Shown: positions 29,601 through 36,450 of the stretch, in pieces | How the letters are laid out: each line of letters begins with the position of its first letter | How positions within the stretch are numbered: position 1 is the first letter of the stretch | Origin: a virus | Lineage: Duplodnaviria; Caudoviricetes | DNA length: 64,000 bases | Reading direction: 5' to 3' (one strand) | Virus record (IMG/VR): IMGVR_UViG_3300021387_000334 | Span: 9,028 to 73,027 of that record | Program-made: the position numbers and the translations under genes | The notes under the pieces: generated by a model | Database searches by the model: none | Seen by the model: only the letters and a program-made list of their open reading frames with translations | Told to the model about the DNA's origin: nothing

Positions 29601-30834
29601 CCTTGGCATGGTCTTTCACCCATTTCTTGCCATACTTCTGCATAGCATATTTCACCAGACCCTTCTGTGCTGACTGCCCAAGGCCTGAAGCGGGGTTGAT
29701 AGCCATTTCAAGCATGAAGGGGAGGGATTCGCCCGTCACCTGTCCTGCTTTTGCCCAACCGCTTAACTGTTTGCCATATTGTGAGGAGACGGCATTATTC
29801 AGAGCCCAGTCGCTCAGCAATTCTCTTTCATCCTCAGTAATCTGCTCGCCGTTATCCATGCGAATGATGGCCTCCATCAACTTTGTCTGCGTGTTGATGT
29901 CAGTGGCTCCGAAATCCCATGTGGACTTCTTGAAGGTAGAGTTGGCTACGTTTCTTGCTGCCTGTTTCAGACCGCCAAGGATGTCTACATCGCCCTCTCT
30001 ATTCTCAATCTTCACCTCGTCGATGATACGCTTGCCCTCAGAAAGCAGATGCTGACGGGCCTCCAGCAGTTTGCGGTTCTCTGTCTCATTGTTGGCCATC
30101 ATCATATTCACACCAGCATAAGGGCTTGCAGCCATATTGATAGCGTTGGCAAGAAAGAGCGATGGACTCTGGTCGTACATCTTGGCCAATTCTCTCAGCT
30201 CGCGCTCCTGCGACTTGGCCAGTTTCTTGTTCACCTCGTCGAGACGCTGCTGATTCTGCTGCTCCAAAGTCGGACTATTCCTCGACTCTCTCAGATAGCG
30301 GTCATAAGCCACCTCCTGCGGCTCTATGGGGGTGATGACATTCTCCTTTACCACATTCCCATTCTCGTCAACATATTGCTGAACACCGGGAGTGACCTTT
30401 GTATTATGTCGCGCCTCCTGAATATCCTCGCTAACTTTCCTGCGCTTGCCATTACCCACCTCATAAGAGGCTTCGAAGTCGGGCGTTCCGATAAATGCCT
30501 GGTGTGCGCCTTCGCCCGTCAGATAATGGGAAAGCGGCTTGCCAGTCAGCGGGTCTTTAGTAGGCTGCTTGGCGGCGGGATGTGGTGTCGGCTGTGGTAC
30601 AACCTGTGGTTGTGCCGTAGGTTGCGGCTCTGTCACAGCGGTTGGCTGTTCAGGTCTTAGCTTTCCGAAAAATTCATCCCTGCTGCCTAGCTTGTACCCG
30701 TCTGCGGTAAGGTTCTGATACAATTTGTCGGCTTTCGTACTGTCCGACATGTTCTTGGCGAACTGTTCCATCGAGCCGAGGTTATAGCCGTCGGCCTTCA
30801 AGTTCTGGTATAGTCTCTCTATGTTGTTCGGCAT
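14644..30834 (-). CDS. Giant polyvalent virion ejection protein (DarB-like: N6-MTase, Strawberry-notch SF2 helicase, ART-like, zincin-like, LPD38-like)
   Basis: LEPSAGNG and NPPF (~24150-23959); GDQTGIGKG, DESH, GISLHA, QIRGRIDRTGQ (~22880-21220); HETVAH (18403-18420); C-terminal AKEITVNFNKKG..YANLPEWTRRKN..IPIG. Confidence 0.88.
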   Translation of the reverse strand: MPNNIERLYQNLKADGYNLGSMEQFAKNMSDSTKADKLYQNLTADGYKLGSRDEFFGKLRPEQPTAVTEPQPTAQPQVVPQPTPHPAAKQPTKDPLTGKPLSHYLTGEGAHQAFIGTPDFEASYEVGNGKRRKVSEDIQEARHNTKVTPGVQQYVDENGNVVKENVITPIEPQEVAYDRYLRESRNSPTLEQQNQQRLDEVNKKLAKSQERELRELAKMYDQSPSLFLANAINMAASPYAGVNMMMANNETENRKLLEARQHLLSEGKRIIDEVKIENREGDVDILGGLKQAARNVANSTFKKSTWDFGATDINTQTKLMEAIIRMDNGEQITEDERELLSDWALNNAVSSQYGKQLSGWAKAGQVTGESLPFMLEMAINPASGLGQSAQKGLVKYAMQKYGKKWVKDHAKGVLASKIATRVAGDVLGGQIMAATTGLVRTSADAAKRYSEGMVENVDQQGNIIFKDKEKRISPMEAFTKAWVANGIGNSSEMWGEYLAPVTGILRNAIGKAVIGKAGREALNLTGRLGDVSLNKAQRFIFDVTSQRGLGAISQGLDNFLKKTQWHGVFSEYIEEELGNLANAATVGDMTFDNAEDTGIFNLQQHIDTFAGVALMGGFISALHTKAYAWDKWNNRMSKIDEKGNKFFADWDDMKTVIQSVADDPIALNSTITAYINNANMSQDERKVVLDYAGKVLERKGAVMAEYQPRMNSSSIKKNDDGSFSVASLDAFGNVIGQQSFETEDEAKAYQGELKMRQQSQDMKDYLQLSVGMSYPESSDLVAEFLGEDPTPEQLADIQNPETEIGRQFQERKNQRVIEKARATREAIAAFEEENGWEAGTIRELSEADPMQLSQEELQMADQAREFLKGLAYPNTEVHTEVSAQEGAEAAEGVVNQVTSTEDAIDPQNNAGKEITEGWAAAQAARQQLFSRNEDLMQEVERMEQQGFFPQEIVSSLDSFSPQDRQTVIDYYNAQAKFNAYMAEAQRKIAEAANMGRQRRTFKGTINGNPDTSNIVNITDGTNTYVLVSGNVQTSNDGRITGSDSGLIIAFDEAAGEMVQLSDASGYSVIPSGVTLDAWEAQEVERLGQGVTMVSDPNGTLSQPQSAPGKPGLSPEESGTLPGGNAPSATAPATPTPPAANATGTVADTSGNTAGTPAVSIESVIDKDGIKRYENGVSVDDAIADIQNDGFDVGEVADASIAEAQQTIDKINGKATKTRKDLIDRKKAQGVIDYYQALKERAAMLSQGTEEAPANGEENVNNQTGQHESGKNVVPSQPGQTVEEQKQERIKALKAELGELFDDDFTKANDVYELVSMWIGRKRNLAWDDVNGKRGLQKELGWTRMIGGDTKYIETLLAKKGEGIGVDEFVHMVWESPENSVGEEKRWTTEEIKEALLDLLKSAQSKSDVVDYAVNSREQAARVAPEAQQQMEQEAAAQQPAEVEVAPLTDEEIAQMEANLPFAAPVEGEDIPDSPITQLMKLVQELMQQEGMPQIKLVDTDRMSDDEWIDLTSQVYGGDFVDEETVNEVRDYALTTGVIRDDDGTILVFSDSQTPEDVKSKIQTILDYANTLQEEGRNDGRDTIVERTETKTPQEQKPETPAAAGAAGTESQGSTEPVVTETPAEVPQGTERDEYLQPRNEKEEQIIADVIAQLQQEIDAAIKERDKAASDLQKAQAKESDRATDMFSDDEAFQEPGQLFSFDDMGGTDRTKEGVNRRTAAERKALQDAQKKLDQLQSEAERKSRIRGALDNERRQTSFTPAADATGTVTGQPQSREEYLASHPLTEEQIMADMGALEDEKLNAIDFLRGEDDSAISRFYYDSIYERAQKTSSENRQKKEGNEPAKEKKEERDSWQSATDEEFYPVAKDWLDQQEKPYSSALQRKFKIGYHKATRIMERYMAEKGAENDPMAAIEQAAQSFREEQKSQDQKDIDDALKEFNDFLDNAKGSNVLDKFMRKGLEGNDKAQASLLDAFTLTNEAQRMFLKDLLRLASKVGYAYIKSGVHDVQTWSKKMSDSIGQKLKEVLGWEDDIIGEFVDEVWQQKYTVDGQRMRLSEHAERLKNGNSTDQTVNEHKDENNDPENVVSSQQKPASKLEGDSAEFAERQHKLTQLTKKIRAKLQGIVNWGDQPKPLSAYKQIAKELGIENLSDTDLQELIETEVVNLAREIANKEGLTDEKKFLKIVKLYEGQPSLNARDNDRINKQQYSTPAPMAFLMGKFLKEGKEVKSGLEPSAGNGMLTLNLPKEAMHVNDIDEMRLSNLAKQGFAEVTSQDGTQPFGEKKYDVVVTNPPFGNVPAKTYDGLYEISGLEHQMAINALESMKDDGRAAIIIGGNTEYNQNGSIKGKDRAFFNYLYAHYNVVDVINMDGKTLYSRQGTGFPVRMILINGRKEFNPRSFAPTIQKARAERVNSYDELYKRVNDDILSDSNKPASVHDTESGESDGKHDNGHAGNTTQTGVRNVRSEGGSKQRQLLDSGGQSVSGGVGSTSKGADTGTDTSVGERGDVVHGTGSTASQPGGSTPSSAEQGGNVPNRRNDTERPDGRVDVSVGGGSRPSVEVRRLGTEKVPYRQQSKNPYSLQSQMPAEQAEVVKKALEELGDVDEFLVKELGYSSVEDLHHGSQSPEKHGGLAAEQIDSVAMAIHQMNEGNAFIIGDQTGIGKGRQAAALIRYGVKKGGCPVFITVKKGLFSDMYRDLCDIGSPGLRPFIWSADDEEHSADVTDKNGNVVYKRPSDKEQKRVVDYINKYGKLPPEYDYIVTTYDSFKGGTMVYEEGQKKARNFGKKSPTTGAYNSQAKRDALERLAENSYVIMDESHNAGGETSAVSGYLQYITTKAKGVTFLSATFAKRPGNMPIYSLKTAIAKAGVKIGELIDAVKQGGATFQEIMSKALTEAGQMIRRERDMTGVTIDWKGIEDEAVIEKQRQQYDTIIGLFNDIIDFQRRYVDPIVNKKNDEAADEQGEVDHTPGTRDMGINNTPFASRTYNMVQQVLLSLKAEETAKRAIEHLKQGHKPVIALANTNEGAADEVSTGEDMEMPDLSVNLKKGLQGTLRITKKDAFGNSTNEMIPFDELSEAGQARYREIMDAIENASSGLSLSPIDVIKNELKKAGYKVGELTGRKQEFVYNEDGTVKRVKRQDSDKKRTAADFNNGKLDVLILNKSAGTGISLHASSKFDDQRQRVMIVAQAQGDVNDEVQIRGRIDRTGQVLRGMYEYVVSQIPSEQRLLMMLKAKLRSLDANTTSSQKSKFNEMQVQDIINKYGDDIVIQYLAEHTDLAAKMVDPLKWGEGFETMPAETLIANATKDGEAGKTASKVLGRMALLKVAEQEKMLAEIGDLYQAEIDRLNEMGENDLEITEMPLRAKTLGKKVWEEGVEPGGKNPFADNSYVEEVEMDILKKPMKAEELKKSQSRLLGGKTWDEYKQGVLERLDKWEAEKKKDATDTITARAEKKAQAEKEKYIKGAKKAQEKNGMTDAEIEKNGQYQYDHFYKEEMEKLQAALDAVDKQKQAFVDALETFTTDGVYALPTDIYDLGELSFEPSFGKVIDIKISDNFSTAASTISFATLDGRRKITIPISGMVKQSNGEKRDIKPIIVQQSAQSRSGFFGSNIANMMKVLEQNVDNWDKLTSTATRKKGYIITGNLLKALTSLQKQRQGGKLISYTTDTGEIRQGVLMGERFDPGALTSQNPISSAKADLDDWGKDRKITSADGDVTIKADGYGSWMSYTLKVPKSKKKGEKYFNDKVLLSLMDGQFEGSSALKADFKEENLDKVLKRLDELGVTVQSKKEDTNNDIDSGYSEDIEEDELNTLEGGYSEETDEEVIERLEREPKIKVYRAMSLIDGKLYPPMATKQDGQLREPIELGKWEKSDEHPEKAVKRNGKWVFKLTKDNGKSLFAAYNPYIHTSTTMLNDQFSEAQNRPNLVVVEVEVPESELTSGYKAEKAKDAVGRLEWKAGIIQGQLTGTREVILSRWDKPVRIVPTEEVAKSIAKQINCKVEVMPTNVVTPAQREALEKEGVKFVETDNRGKIVDGPNKGKTYSSVYGKKAKNSGYSEGEAKAKPQSTRHKENIRKHVENLLNKLGTRNRTTVITSINGVRNKARREHIENMHKQGKKVYGWFENGRIYLYLPDIDSIYKAEQTIWHETVAHVGLRELLGADNYGKLLNRLWMQHKDGEMGDWVTRRMQVNGWSLHKAIDEWLAREAEKVVAERQERRTLWQKLAGWVGDILREIGYRTNPTITDVRYLFWLSENQLREGEPMSAIKRAAFLHRLERENRTAVLQRSTKRGSDMDAGYSEDIDDPMEYSEKAVYDERLNRVETVFTEAYQDSMIALKTAQNAIAHDKAIPDSQNAYMAENLMHGKNKNEQDLFNSMLRDPLIDTINKIMNRTGMNWGDVDRYVYTKSGLERNREFFVRDWLERERNKNIRKYEDLNPEEQDIFDHKAEVIETLFEDGDIETEEQKEKELAKALQEAHKEYIDSIEERLVALKQKNYLDLQTGDINFADYLAGLTNFILDNIDGAYNPSENDYSGFRAMYGDEDGKYDEDEIIAELMDTEDAIEAENVDTLWEQIQNCTRYGLERYRESGMRSDEQIDKIEQMFHWYVPMRGFKNDTGEDMYQYFTAKGKEKSYIGGLLKHAKGRGSEANYPISTIFAMTYKAISDCNQNLVNQKLYRLCQTNPNDLVVLSDTWAKLNEATGEFEEAYPDINDDMDEEEIRQAVVAFEEEMKELAKENKAIKIRGKEKFDYVPMDKKKKSEHVIEVRINGQQKRMIVVGNPRMAQALNGQLRFERGKNVFSKWNNAVKNFMASVFTSYSPTFALRNMFRDWTHFRTMLGVREGRGYAKRANKYYRQSLFKMVGLFRKYREGTLNMDNEMERDFKDFMDNGGITGFVQMQKIDDIQKQMEKLYKQQKDGKPVRLNNKVWEYTLGAIEALNEGIENNARFATFRASRHYAGRTKARAAYDAKEITVNFNKKGAGSKTAGFKSQNKVVEDAAKAFGVTSQILGEGRIFFNATVQAIATTFKNFQKADGSLNKGYIAKWAARYALPPFAFGLALPMINQALAAAFGGDDDDPYANLPEWTRRKNICIYIGNNNFITIPIGQELAAFLALGDMFAGLTYAPNLKPVDRSIDEEMVGIMNTFSPVDIDTKITKGGLMEDPVDELVGRTFSVLAPLVAVGQNLGWTGRPIYREDKFQNDQFTPEYQMVYSGTNPALVNASKLLHELGGGDDIVRGKLEVNPAIVQYLWEQYSGGPGKFLGNTLVGAGKDLKDLLVEGEAPDFNIRKIEGVKAFVQQGDDRTQYYRTQAKYRKYKADAEKLHDAVKGYEGAAAEDPMALMKLENIVTGEDYVRMEIVREADKQLSKINKAANKAEGRERKELRRLYNEQVKAVVDLLDGVGKD

Positions 30835-30840
30835 ATTCTT

Positions 30841-32091
30841 TTAGCTAAATGGATCGTCTTTGTGATTCGTCTTTGTCTGTGCGGGCTTATTTCGGTCGGC
30901 GAACGGATCGCCCTTTGTCTTGTCGTTAGGTATCTGTTCGTTCCATTGCCACCCATATTTTGAGTGCATACGGACGGCTGCATCATCATGCTCCATTAGC
31001 ATCTTGTCAACGGCTCTCTCTTTGATGTTCTGCGAGATTGCAGCTGAGCCTCCGATGCTATATCCTCCGTAGTTCATCTGTCCTTTGAGTTCGGCTTCGT
31101 CAATATAAGGTCGCCCTGTACGCGGGTCTTTCATTTTCTTGCCCCACTCATACATCTGGTGATAAGTGTTCTTTATCTCGCCTGCGGTTGCTCCTTTTTT
31201 CGTCAGATAGCCTCGGCGGGTGTCTCTCCGTTCCACCTTGCCGCTACCACCACCGCCACCATTCAGGCGATTGATATAGGCTGCGGCCCTGCGTTCGTTG
31301 GTGCGGGCATTCCTGTCAGCGATACCAGCCATCGTGTTCTGATAACTCGTCTGTTGTTTCAGCCTGGCTTCCCCAAGGGCTTTTGCATCATCGGCTCTGC
31401 GATTACCGAGGTCAAGCTGGCCTTGCTGATAAGCTTTCTGCTGCGCCAGCCTGTCCTGCATATTCTTGATCTGCGCCTCTGTATAGCCAGCCTTCCTTGC
31501 AGCGTCGGCCACCTTCAATCCATAGTCTGCCTCCCACTGCCTCTGCTTGGCATCCTGCGCGGCCTTGGCCTGCTGGTAGGCACTATATTTCAGATTGGCG
31601 GCATCACGGAGAGCCTTGCCCCTCTCGTATCGCTGTTCCTCTTCCAGGACGGGAGAGTTGAACTGCTGAGGCGGGGCATAGTTCACGGTGTGGATAATGT
31701 TGCCGATATGTCTGGCGGCATCGGCAAATGCCAGGATGCGACGGTTGGCCATGCTTGCCCTCCTCATACGCTCCTCATCCTCGGGACTGGTGTACATCTG
31801 TGCCAGTGCGTTCATGCCCGAAGCGGGATTGCTCGGGTCGATGGGAGGCTGATAGGTGACGGGGGGCTGAACGGGGTTGTTCGTGTTCCTTGGCGGGACG
31901 GCCTGCGCCGTACTCTGTGGCGCTGGCTTCGGAGTTTGATAATTGCGGAACATGTTGGGGTTCTGCTTGCCTGCTGCGAACTGCTCCGGCGTCTCGCCCG
32001 CCACCTGTCCGGGCGTTCTCTGCTGCGCCATCTGCTGCCCTTGGGCTATCCCCGCAAGCTTCTGTTGCTGCAATAATAGATTATCTGCCAT
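30841..32091 (-). CDS. Q/A-rich internal virion (ejection) protein
   Basis: 416 aa, low-complexity helical, upstream of the giant protein under a late promoter. Confidence 0.65.
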   Translation of the reverse strand: MADNLLLQQQKLAGIAQGQQMAQQRTPGQVAGETPEQFAAGKQNPNMFRNYQTPKPAPQSTAQAVPPRNTNNPVQPPVTYQPPIDPSNPASGMNALAQMYTSPEDEERMRRASMANRRILAFADAARHIGNIIHTVNYAPPQQFNSPVLEEEQRYERGKALRDAANLKYSAYQQAKAAQDAKQRQWEADYGLKVADAARKAGYTEAQIKNMQDRLAQQKAYQQGQLDLGNRRADDAKALGEARLKQQTSYQNTMAGIADRNARTNERRAAAYINRLNGGGGGSGKVERRDTRRGYLTKKGATAGEIKNTYHQMYEWGKKMKDPRTGRPYIDEAELKGQMNYGGYSIGGSAAISQNIKERAVDKMLMEHDDAAVRMHSKYGWQWNEQIPNDKTKGDPFADRNKPAQTKTNHKDDPFS

Positions 32092-32114
32092 AAAAATAAC
32101 GTTATTTCTGCGGG

Positions 32115-32157
32115 CAAAAATAGCGTGAATGCCGTTTCTGTCTCCCGTGTTTTTACA
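32115..32157 (-). promoter_or_regulatory. Late promoter copy 4 (ejection proteins)
   Basis: TGTAAAAACACGG-N22-TATTTTTG-CCCG. Confidence 0.8.
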
Positions 32158-32266
32158 TGTGGAATTGTTAGAATTCCTTAATTTGATTTGCTATCATTTG
32201 CTATCATTTGTCGCCGATTCCATGAAATTTGCAAAACACGGAAAGATTCTCTATATTTGCAGCATT

Positions 32267-32770
32267 ATGAAGAATGACTACGACATAGAAAAACAGAAGC
32301 AGGACGATCTGATAAATGCGTACAATCAGGTTGCTCCCCACTGCCTGATGCAGGATGATGCCTACAGGAAGGCGGTAAAACAGCCCGCACCAAGATATTA
32401 CATATCGGCAAAGCAGGCTGCACAGGTTCTCTCCCCGATGGTCAGAGGCGACTTCACGAGGGTAGACATGATGATACCCAACAGGAGGCGCATGTACTAC
32501 TCTCTCTTCGAGAAGGTGCTGGAACTGTCAGAGAAGCGGGCGTTCGTAGGGAAGTCGCTCCTTTACATCACTCGGTTTGCGGTATTATCCCCTGCGCCGG
32601 AGTTCTTTATCGGTGGCGACTCTTTCAGAGTGCTACGCTCGTATCTGAAGAACGGGCACTATGACGATGACGGAAGGACGTGCGGACTCCCTGGCAGACA
32701 GAGGGCCTACGAGAAACTGAAGAGGAAACGGGAGAGAATCAAGGCGCTCAAATCCTCGCTTCGGTCATAG
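32267..32770 (+). CDS. Basic putative DNA-binding regulator (candidate late activator)
   Basis: Start ATG 32267 after TATATTTG (32252-32259); K/R-rich; lone plus-strand gene divergent from late promoter 4. Confidence 0.6.
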   Translation: MKNDYDIEKQKQDDLINAYNQVAPHCLMQDDAYRKAVKQPAPRYYISAKQAAQVLSPMVRGDFTRVDMMIPNRRRMYYSLFEKVLELSEKRAFVGKSLLYITRFAVLSPAPEFFIGGDSFRVLRSYLKNGHYDDDGRTCGLPGRQRAYEKLKRKRERIKALKSSLRS

Positions 32771-34907
32771 GCTCAAAGGTCTTCTCCTTCTTTTCCTCAC
32801 GTCTCCATGAGGGCTTGTAGATGGATTCATGGAAGGCGATCCACAGTCCGATGGCCGTAGACATGAGTACGTCGTCATGCTTTCCGGATCCCGGCTCGTT
32901 ACCCATCCTGTTCGTCTCAGGGTCGCGCTGATACCAGCCTAATTCCTGGTACATGTTCTCGTCGGGCTCTTCCCAGAGCTTGTCATCCACACACGCAATC
33001 AGATTATCAATGAGCCATATCTTCGTCTGCACATTGGTATGAAAACCATATATCGGCTTGATTCCCTCGGTAGTGCTCTCCGGCTCCTTCACTCTCTGAT
33101 AGAGATTAGGATAATACCCCGCAATCTCGGTGATGATAGTACCGAAGTGGTCGCCCTCGGTATTGTTGTCCTTCTCGCGGTCTGCCGTGTTTTTCTCAAT
33201 GACCAATAAAGCATCGTCATAGAAATGTGCCAAGGCCGCTGCCGTCCAAGCGAGTATATCATGTCTGATATGCCCCCTCCATCGGGCTACTACTCTCGGC
33301 CTGCCCTTCACCTCGGGAACCATACCCATCAAATCAAAGACTGTCATCACGGTATAGTCACTCGTCTGGCTCTTTCCTCCAATATCCACAGATACCAGAT
33401 ACCGATTCCTGACTTTCAGTATCTGATTATTGGGCATCGACCATATCTTCAGCTCTCCCGCCTTGTCATTCCGGATTTTTATATCCGCATTGAGGAACAC
33501 CTTGCGGCTCTTCTGCTCGAACGGGGGAAGGTTGATGTTGGCATAGTAGAGTGGAGACTTTGGGGCCTGACAGTCCTCCTTCAGATCATCAATGGCATAC
33601 GGGTCGAAGACTGCATTACCCGCATTACGGAATGCCTCAACGGGGTCGATAGGAGCCTCGGAGGCCATGTAGCCGTGCGCCTTGTGCTCATTACGTCTGT
33701 ATCTGTACCAGTTGATAGCCTCAAAGCATGCACCCATCTTCCATAGCCTCCAGAAGAACTTACCGCTCTCACGGAATCCCGCAGGGCACTGCTCGTAGTC
33801 TTTATTCTCCCATAGCCAAGTGGCAAATTCCTCCTCTTCCTTCTCAGAAAAACCTTCCTTTCCCATCGGCTTCATGTCATTCTCAATCAGGAAGAAGGCG
33901 ATAAACAGGAAATGGTAGGCCGAAGTGGAATCTTCCTTCATGGCATCCTGACAGAGGTCATAGAAGAATCCGCTGTTCTTCTTACCCGTACTCTCAAAGA
34001 CGGCCAGCTCGTCGGGCAGTCCAAGGAATCCACCCTGCAGGTTGGAGATAACCTCGTCGGGGTCGTGTTCGGGGGTCTTCTTCCACGATGCCACCTCGGA
34101 GTAGTGTACCATCTTGTAGTTGTCGCCACGGCACTTCTCAAATGAGTTGAAAGAGGCGATACTCAAAAGCGAGGTACGCGCCAAGAATTTACCGTCGGTA
34201 ATCTGAAAGTCGGAGTCTGAACGCTCGTATGGGGTCATCTGCAGCTTACTGCCTGGCATCCCTATCGTCCATCCCGGCTGCTTCTCCACGGCCTTTCTGT
34301 ACATGGCCTTGATCTTCTTGGAGGTAGAGTCTGCCTGAGTGATTACCGCTGCATTCCATCCGTGGGGGTGACGGAACTCCTGCATCCACTTGATGTACAT
34401 CTGTGTCAATGTTGAACCTCCCCACTGGCGGGCTTTCAGCAAGACCACAAGGATAGGCTTGTTCGCCCTTCGCAGGTCTTCGAAGAGTCCAAGCAGCTTT
34501 CTCTGTGCATATCTCAGACGGAAGGGTATCATGCCGCCCGTCACCTTATCCACAATCTGGTCTACCAACACAAATGCAAACTCGGGATCGTCATAGCACC
34601 TCGCCTGGAAAAGGGCTTCCTCCACGTCCTGATGATACCATTCATCATAAGTCCCGTTGACCTGCCCGCTCTCTTCTATAAACCTACGGATAGTGCCGTA
34701 TTTCAAGACCTCATGCCATATCGTACTCTCCATGGTCTCTCTCGGAATCCACATTTCGGGGATGATGCAGTCGGGAATGACCACATGAACCCTCATTCCC
34801 TCCTTGAAACCATAGCACCCCAGCCCCGTCAGCTGGTCGTAAGGCCCGAATATCTCCTGCCTTCTGCTATGATTCTCCGCTATCAGCTCCCTTATCTCTT
34901 CCTTCAT
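32748..34907 (-). CDS. terL: Terminase large subunit
   Basis: LKARQWGGST (Walker A), VHYSEVASW (Walker B), VSVDIGG and HDDVLMS nuclease motifs; start ATG 34907. Confidence 0.92.
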   Translation of the reverse strand: MKEEIRELIAENHSRRQEIFGPYDQLTGLGCYGFKEGMRVHVVIPDCIIPEMWIPRETMESTIWHEVLKYGTIRRFIEESGQVNGTYDEWYHQDVEEALFQARCYDDPEFAFVLVDQIVDKVTGGMIPFRLRYAQRKLLGLFEDLRRANKPILVVLLKARQWGGSTLTQMYIKWMQEFRHPHGWNAAVITQADSTSKKIKAMYRKAVEKQPGWTIGMPGSKLQMTPYERSDSDFQITDGKFLARTSLLSIASFNSFEKCRGDNYKMVHYSEVASWKKTPEHDPDEVISNLQGGFLGLPDELAVFESTGKKNSGFFYDLCQDAMKEDSTSAYHFLFIAFFLIENDMKPMGKEGFSEKEEEEFATWLWENKDYEQCPAGFRESGKFFWRLWKMGACFEAINWYRYRRNEHKAHGYMASEAPIDPVEAFRNAGNAVFDPYAIDDLKEDCQAPKSPLYYANINLPPFEQKSRKVFLNADIKIRNDKAGELKIWSMPNNQILKVRNRYLVSVDIGGKSQTSDYTVMTVFDLMGMVPEVKGRPRVVARWRGHIRHDILAWTAAALAHFYDDALLVIEKNTADREKDNNTEGDHFGTIITEIAGYYPNLYQRVKEPESTTEGIKPIYGFHTNVQTKIWLIDNLIACVDDKLWEEPDENMYQELGWYQRDPETNRMGNEPGSGKHDDVLMSTAIGLWIAFHESIYKPSWRREEKKEKTFEPMTEARI

Positions 34908-35398
34908 AGCCAGTCCCTCGTTCCGTGCGGTGCGATATTGTCGCGCCAGAAATAACCCACCAAATATCCCGCCATCAGACAATAGATATGCAGCAAGGCG
35001 TTCACATGGGGAATGAACATCGGGATTATCAGAAACCACTTATTCCTCCAAAGCATATCCCTGAACCGCTTCACACGACCCCAGCTCATGCCCACAATGG
35101 CAAAAAGTACACCGCTGAAACCGCAAGTAGCCTCACCAATAAAGCAAGGCAGGAAAGAGCAGAGCGCCGCTATCAGATAGGAGACGGACAGATGCAGTCC
35201 GCATGGAATCATCCAAAGGCAAAGGATATTCGCCATCAGATGCCACACATTGGCATGACTCAGCGGATATAACACATGACCCGTCCAGTATGTTGCGGTA
35301 TTTCCGCAACCCCCACCGAAAGCAAACTGCGGCATAGCAAAATACCACACCACCAATACAAGGCTCACTATGATCTTAGCAAGGGAATACTTCATCAT
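34904..35398 (-). CDS. Rhomboid-family intramembrane serine protease
   Basis: HANVWHLMAN, GFSG nucleophile motif, HIYCLMAG (catalytic His); multi-TM. Confidence 0.82.
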   Translation of the reverse strand: MMKYSLAKIIVSLVLVVWYFAMPQFAFGGGCGNTATYWTGHVLYPLSHANVWHLMANILCLWMIPCGLHLSVSYLIAALCSFLPCFIGEATCGFSGVLFAIVGMSWGRVKRFRDMLWRNKWFLIIPMFIPHVNALLHIYCLMAGYLVGYFWRDNIAPHGTRDWL

Positions 35399-35877
35399 AT
35401 CAGGCAGAAGGAGAAGGTGTTGGAAAAGCACACCATCTCACCCCAGAAAATCATCGTCTCCCATTTCTTCCAGCCGATGATGAAACCCGCTATGACATAC
35501 GGAATCCACAACAGCAGAAGAAGCGGACAGTTAAACACTAAGACCAGCTGGCTGCAGGAGGCACAGACGATGGCACCCCACTCATGAACCTTGAACTGCA
35601 TGGCATCATCCCTGTACTTCACCAAAGGGGCGGCACCGACAAACGCCAACCCCGCTATGGCAAGGAAGGCAAGGAACTGGGTGTTCTCCGTAGTCCTCCC
35701 GATATACACGGGAATACAGAGATAGCAGACCGCCAGAATGACAAGCGACCAGACATACCTCAGCTTCTCGGGAATCCAGAACACACTGGCAGAAAGAGAG
35801 GACGGGACACGGCCTATCTCACGGATCATGTAAAGCGTGTAGGCCAACAGAATAAGGATTGCTATTACGATACTCAT
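35395..35877 (-). CDS. Multi-pass membrane protein
   Basis: Five to six hydrophobic segments; ATGA-coupled to rhomboid. Confidence 0.75.
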   Translation of the reverse strand: MSIVIAILILLAYTLYMIREIGRVPSSLSASVFWIPEKLRYVWSLVILAVCYLCIPVYIGRTTENTQFLAFLAIAGLAFVGAAPLVKYRDDAMQFKVHEWGAIVCASCSQLVLVFNCPLLLLLWIPYVIAGFIIGWKKWETMIFWGEMVCFSNTFSFCLI

Positions 35878-36440
35878 TTCACCTTGATATATTTGTTGTA
35901 CTCAATCTTGCAGCGTGGATTATGACTCACCACATAGACATTATACCCCTTCGTCCCCCAACGGAACCAGAGAAACCTATGCTTATACTCCCTGGTGACA
36001 TAGGTCGTTAAAGAGTCCCGGACTTCACAATCAAGGACTCTTGACTTTAATTCGTATGAAAAAGAAAACCACTTATCACTATAAGCGAGTATAGAGTCAT
36101 TCAAAGGCTGAAGGACAACAGTGTCACGGGTAGAGAGAAGAGTCTGATTCTCCGACTCTATCTGACTTACCCTTAACCTCAAGTCCCTGATCAGTTCCTT
36201 GTCGGCCAAAAGCTTCTTATAGTCCGTCCTGTCAACCTCAACGACACGCTCCTTCCAAACAGGAATACTGTCGTGAATGTAAAAGGTGTCTGCTCTCTGC
36301 CGGCTCTGAGCCAGCTGAACCTGCAAATCGCGAATCTCAGACCTCAAAGAACGGTTGGCCCTGTTCTCACAACAAGACCAACCAAGTAGTACAAAAACTA
36401 AAACTAAACTAACTACTAACCAAAAACTAAGCTTATTCAT
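35874..36440 (-). CDS. N-terminally anchored coiled-coil protein (i-spanin/DUF6549-like)
   Basis: TM helix, coiled coil, C-terminal FLWFRWG; start ATG 36440. Confidence 0.55.
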   Translation of the reverse strand: MNKLSFWLVVSLVLVFVLLGWSCCENRANRSLRSEIRDLQVQLAQSRQRADTFYIHDSIPVWKERVVEVDRTDYKKLLADKELIRDLRLRVSQIESENQTLLSTRDTVVLQPLNDSILAYSDKWFSFSYELKSRVLDCEVRDSLTTYVTREYKHRFLWFRWGTKGYNVYVVSHNPRCKIEYNKYIKVK

Positions 36441-36450
36441 ATAACTATAA

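Noticed and set aside
14767-30660. Many plus-strand ORFs inside the giant gene
   Set aside because: Antisense shadows of a long biased coding frame; no recognisable motifs
32748-34907. Intein or intron in terminase (also checked in portal)
   Set aside because: Normal lengths, continuous motifs, no splice-junction signatures seen
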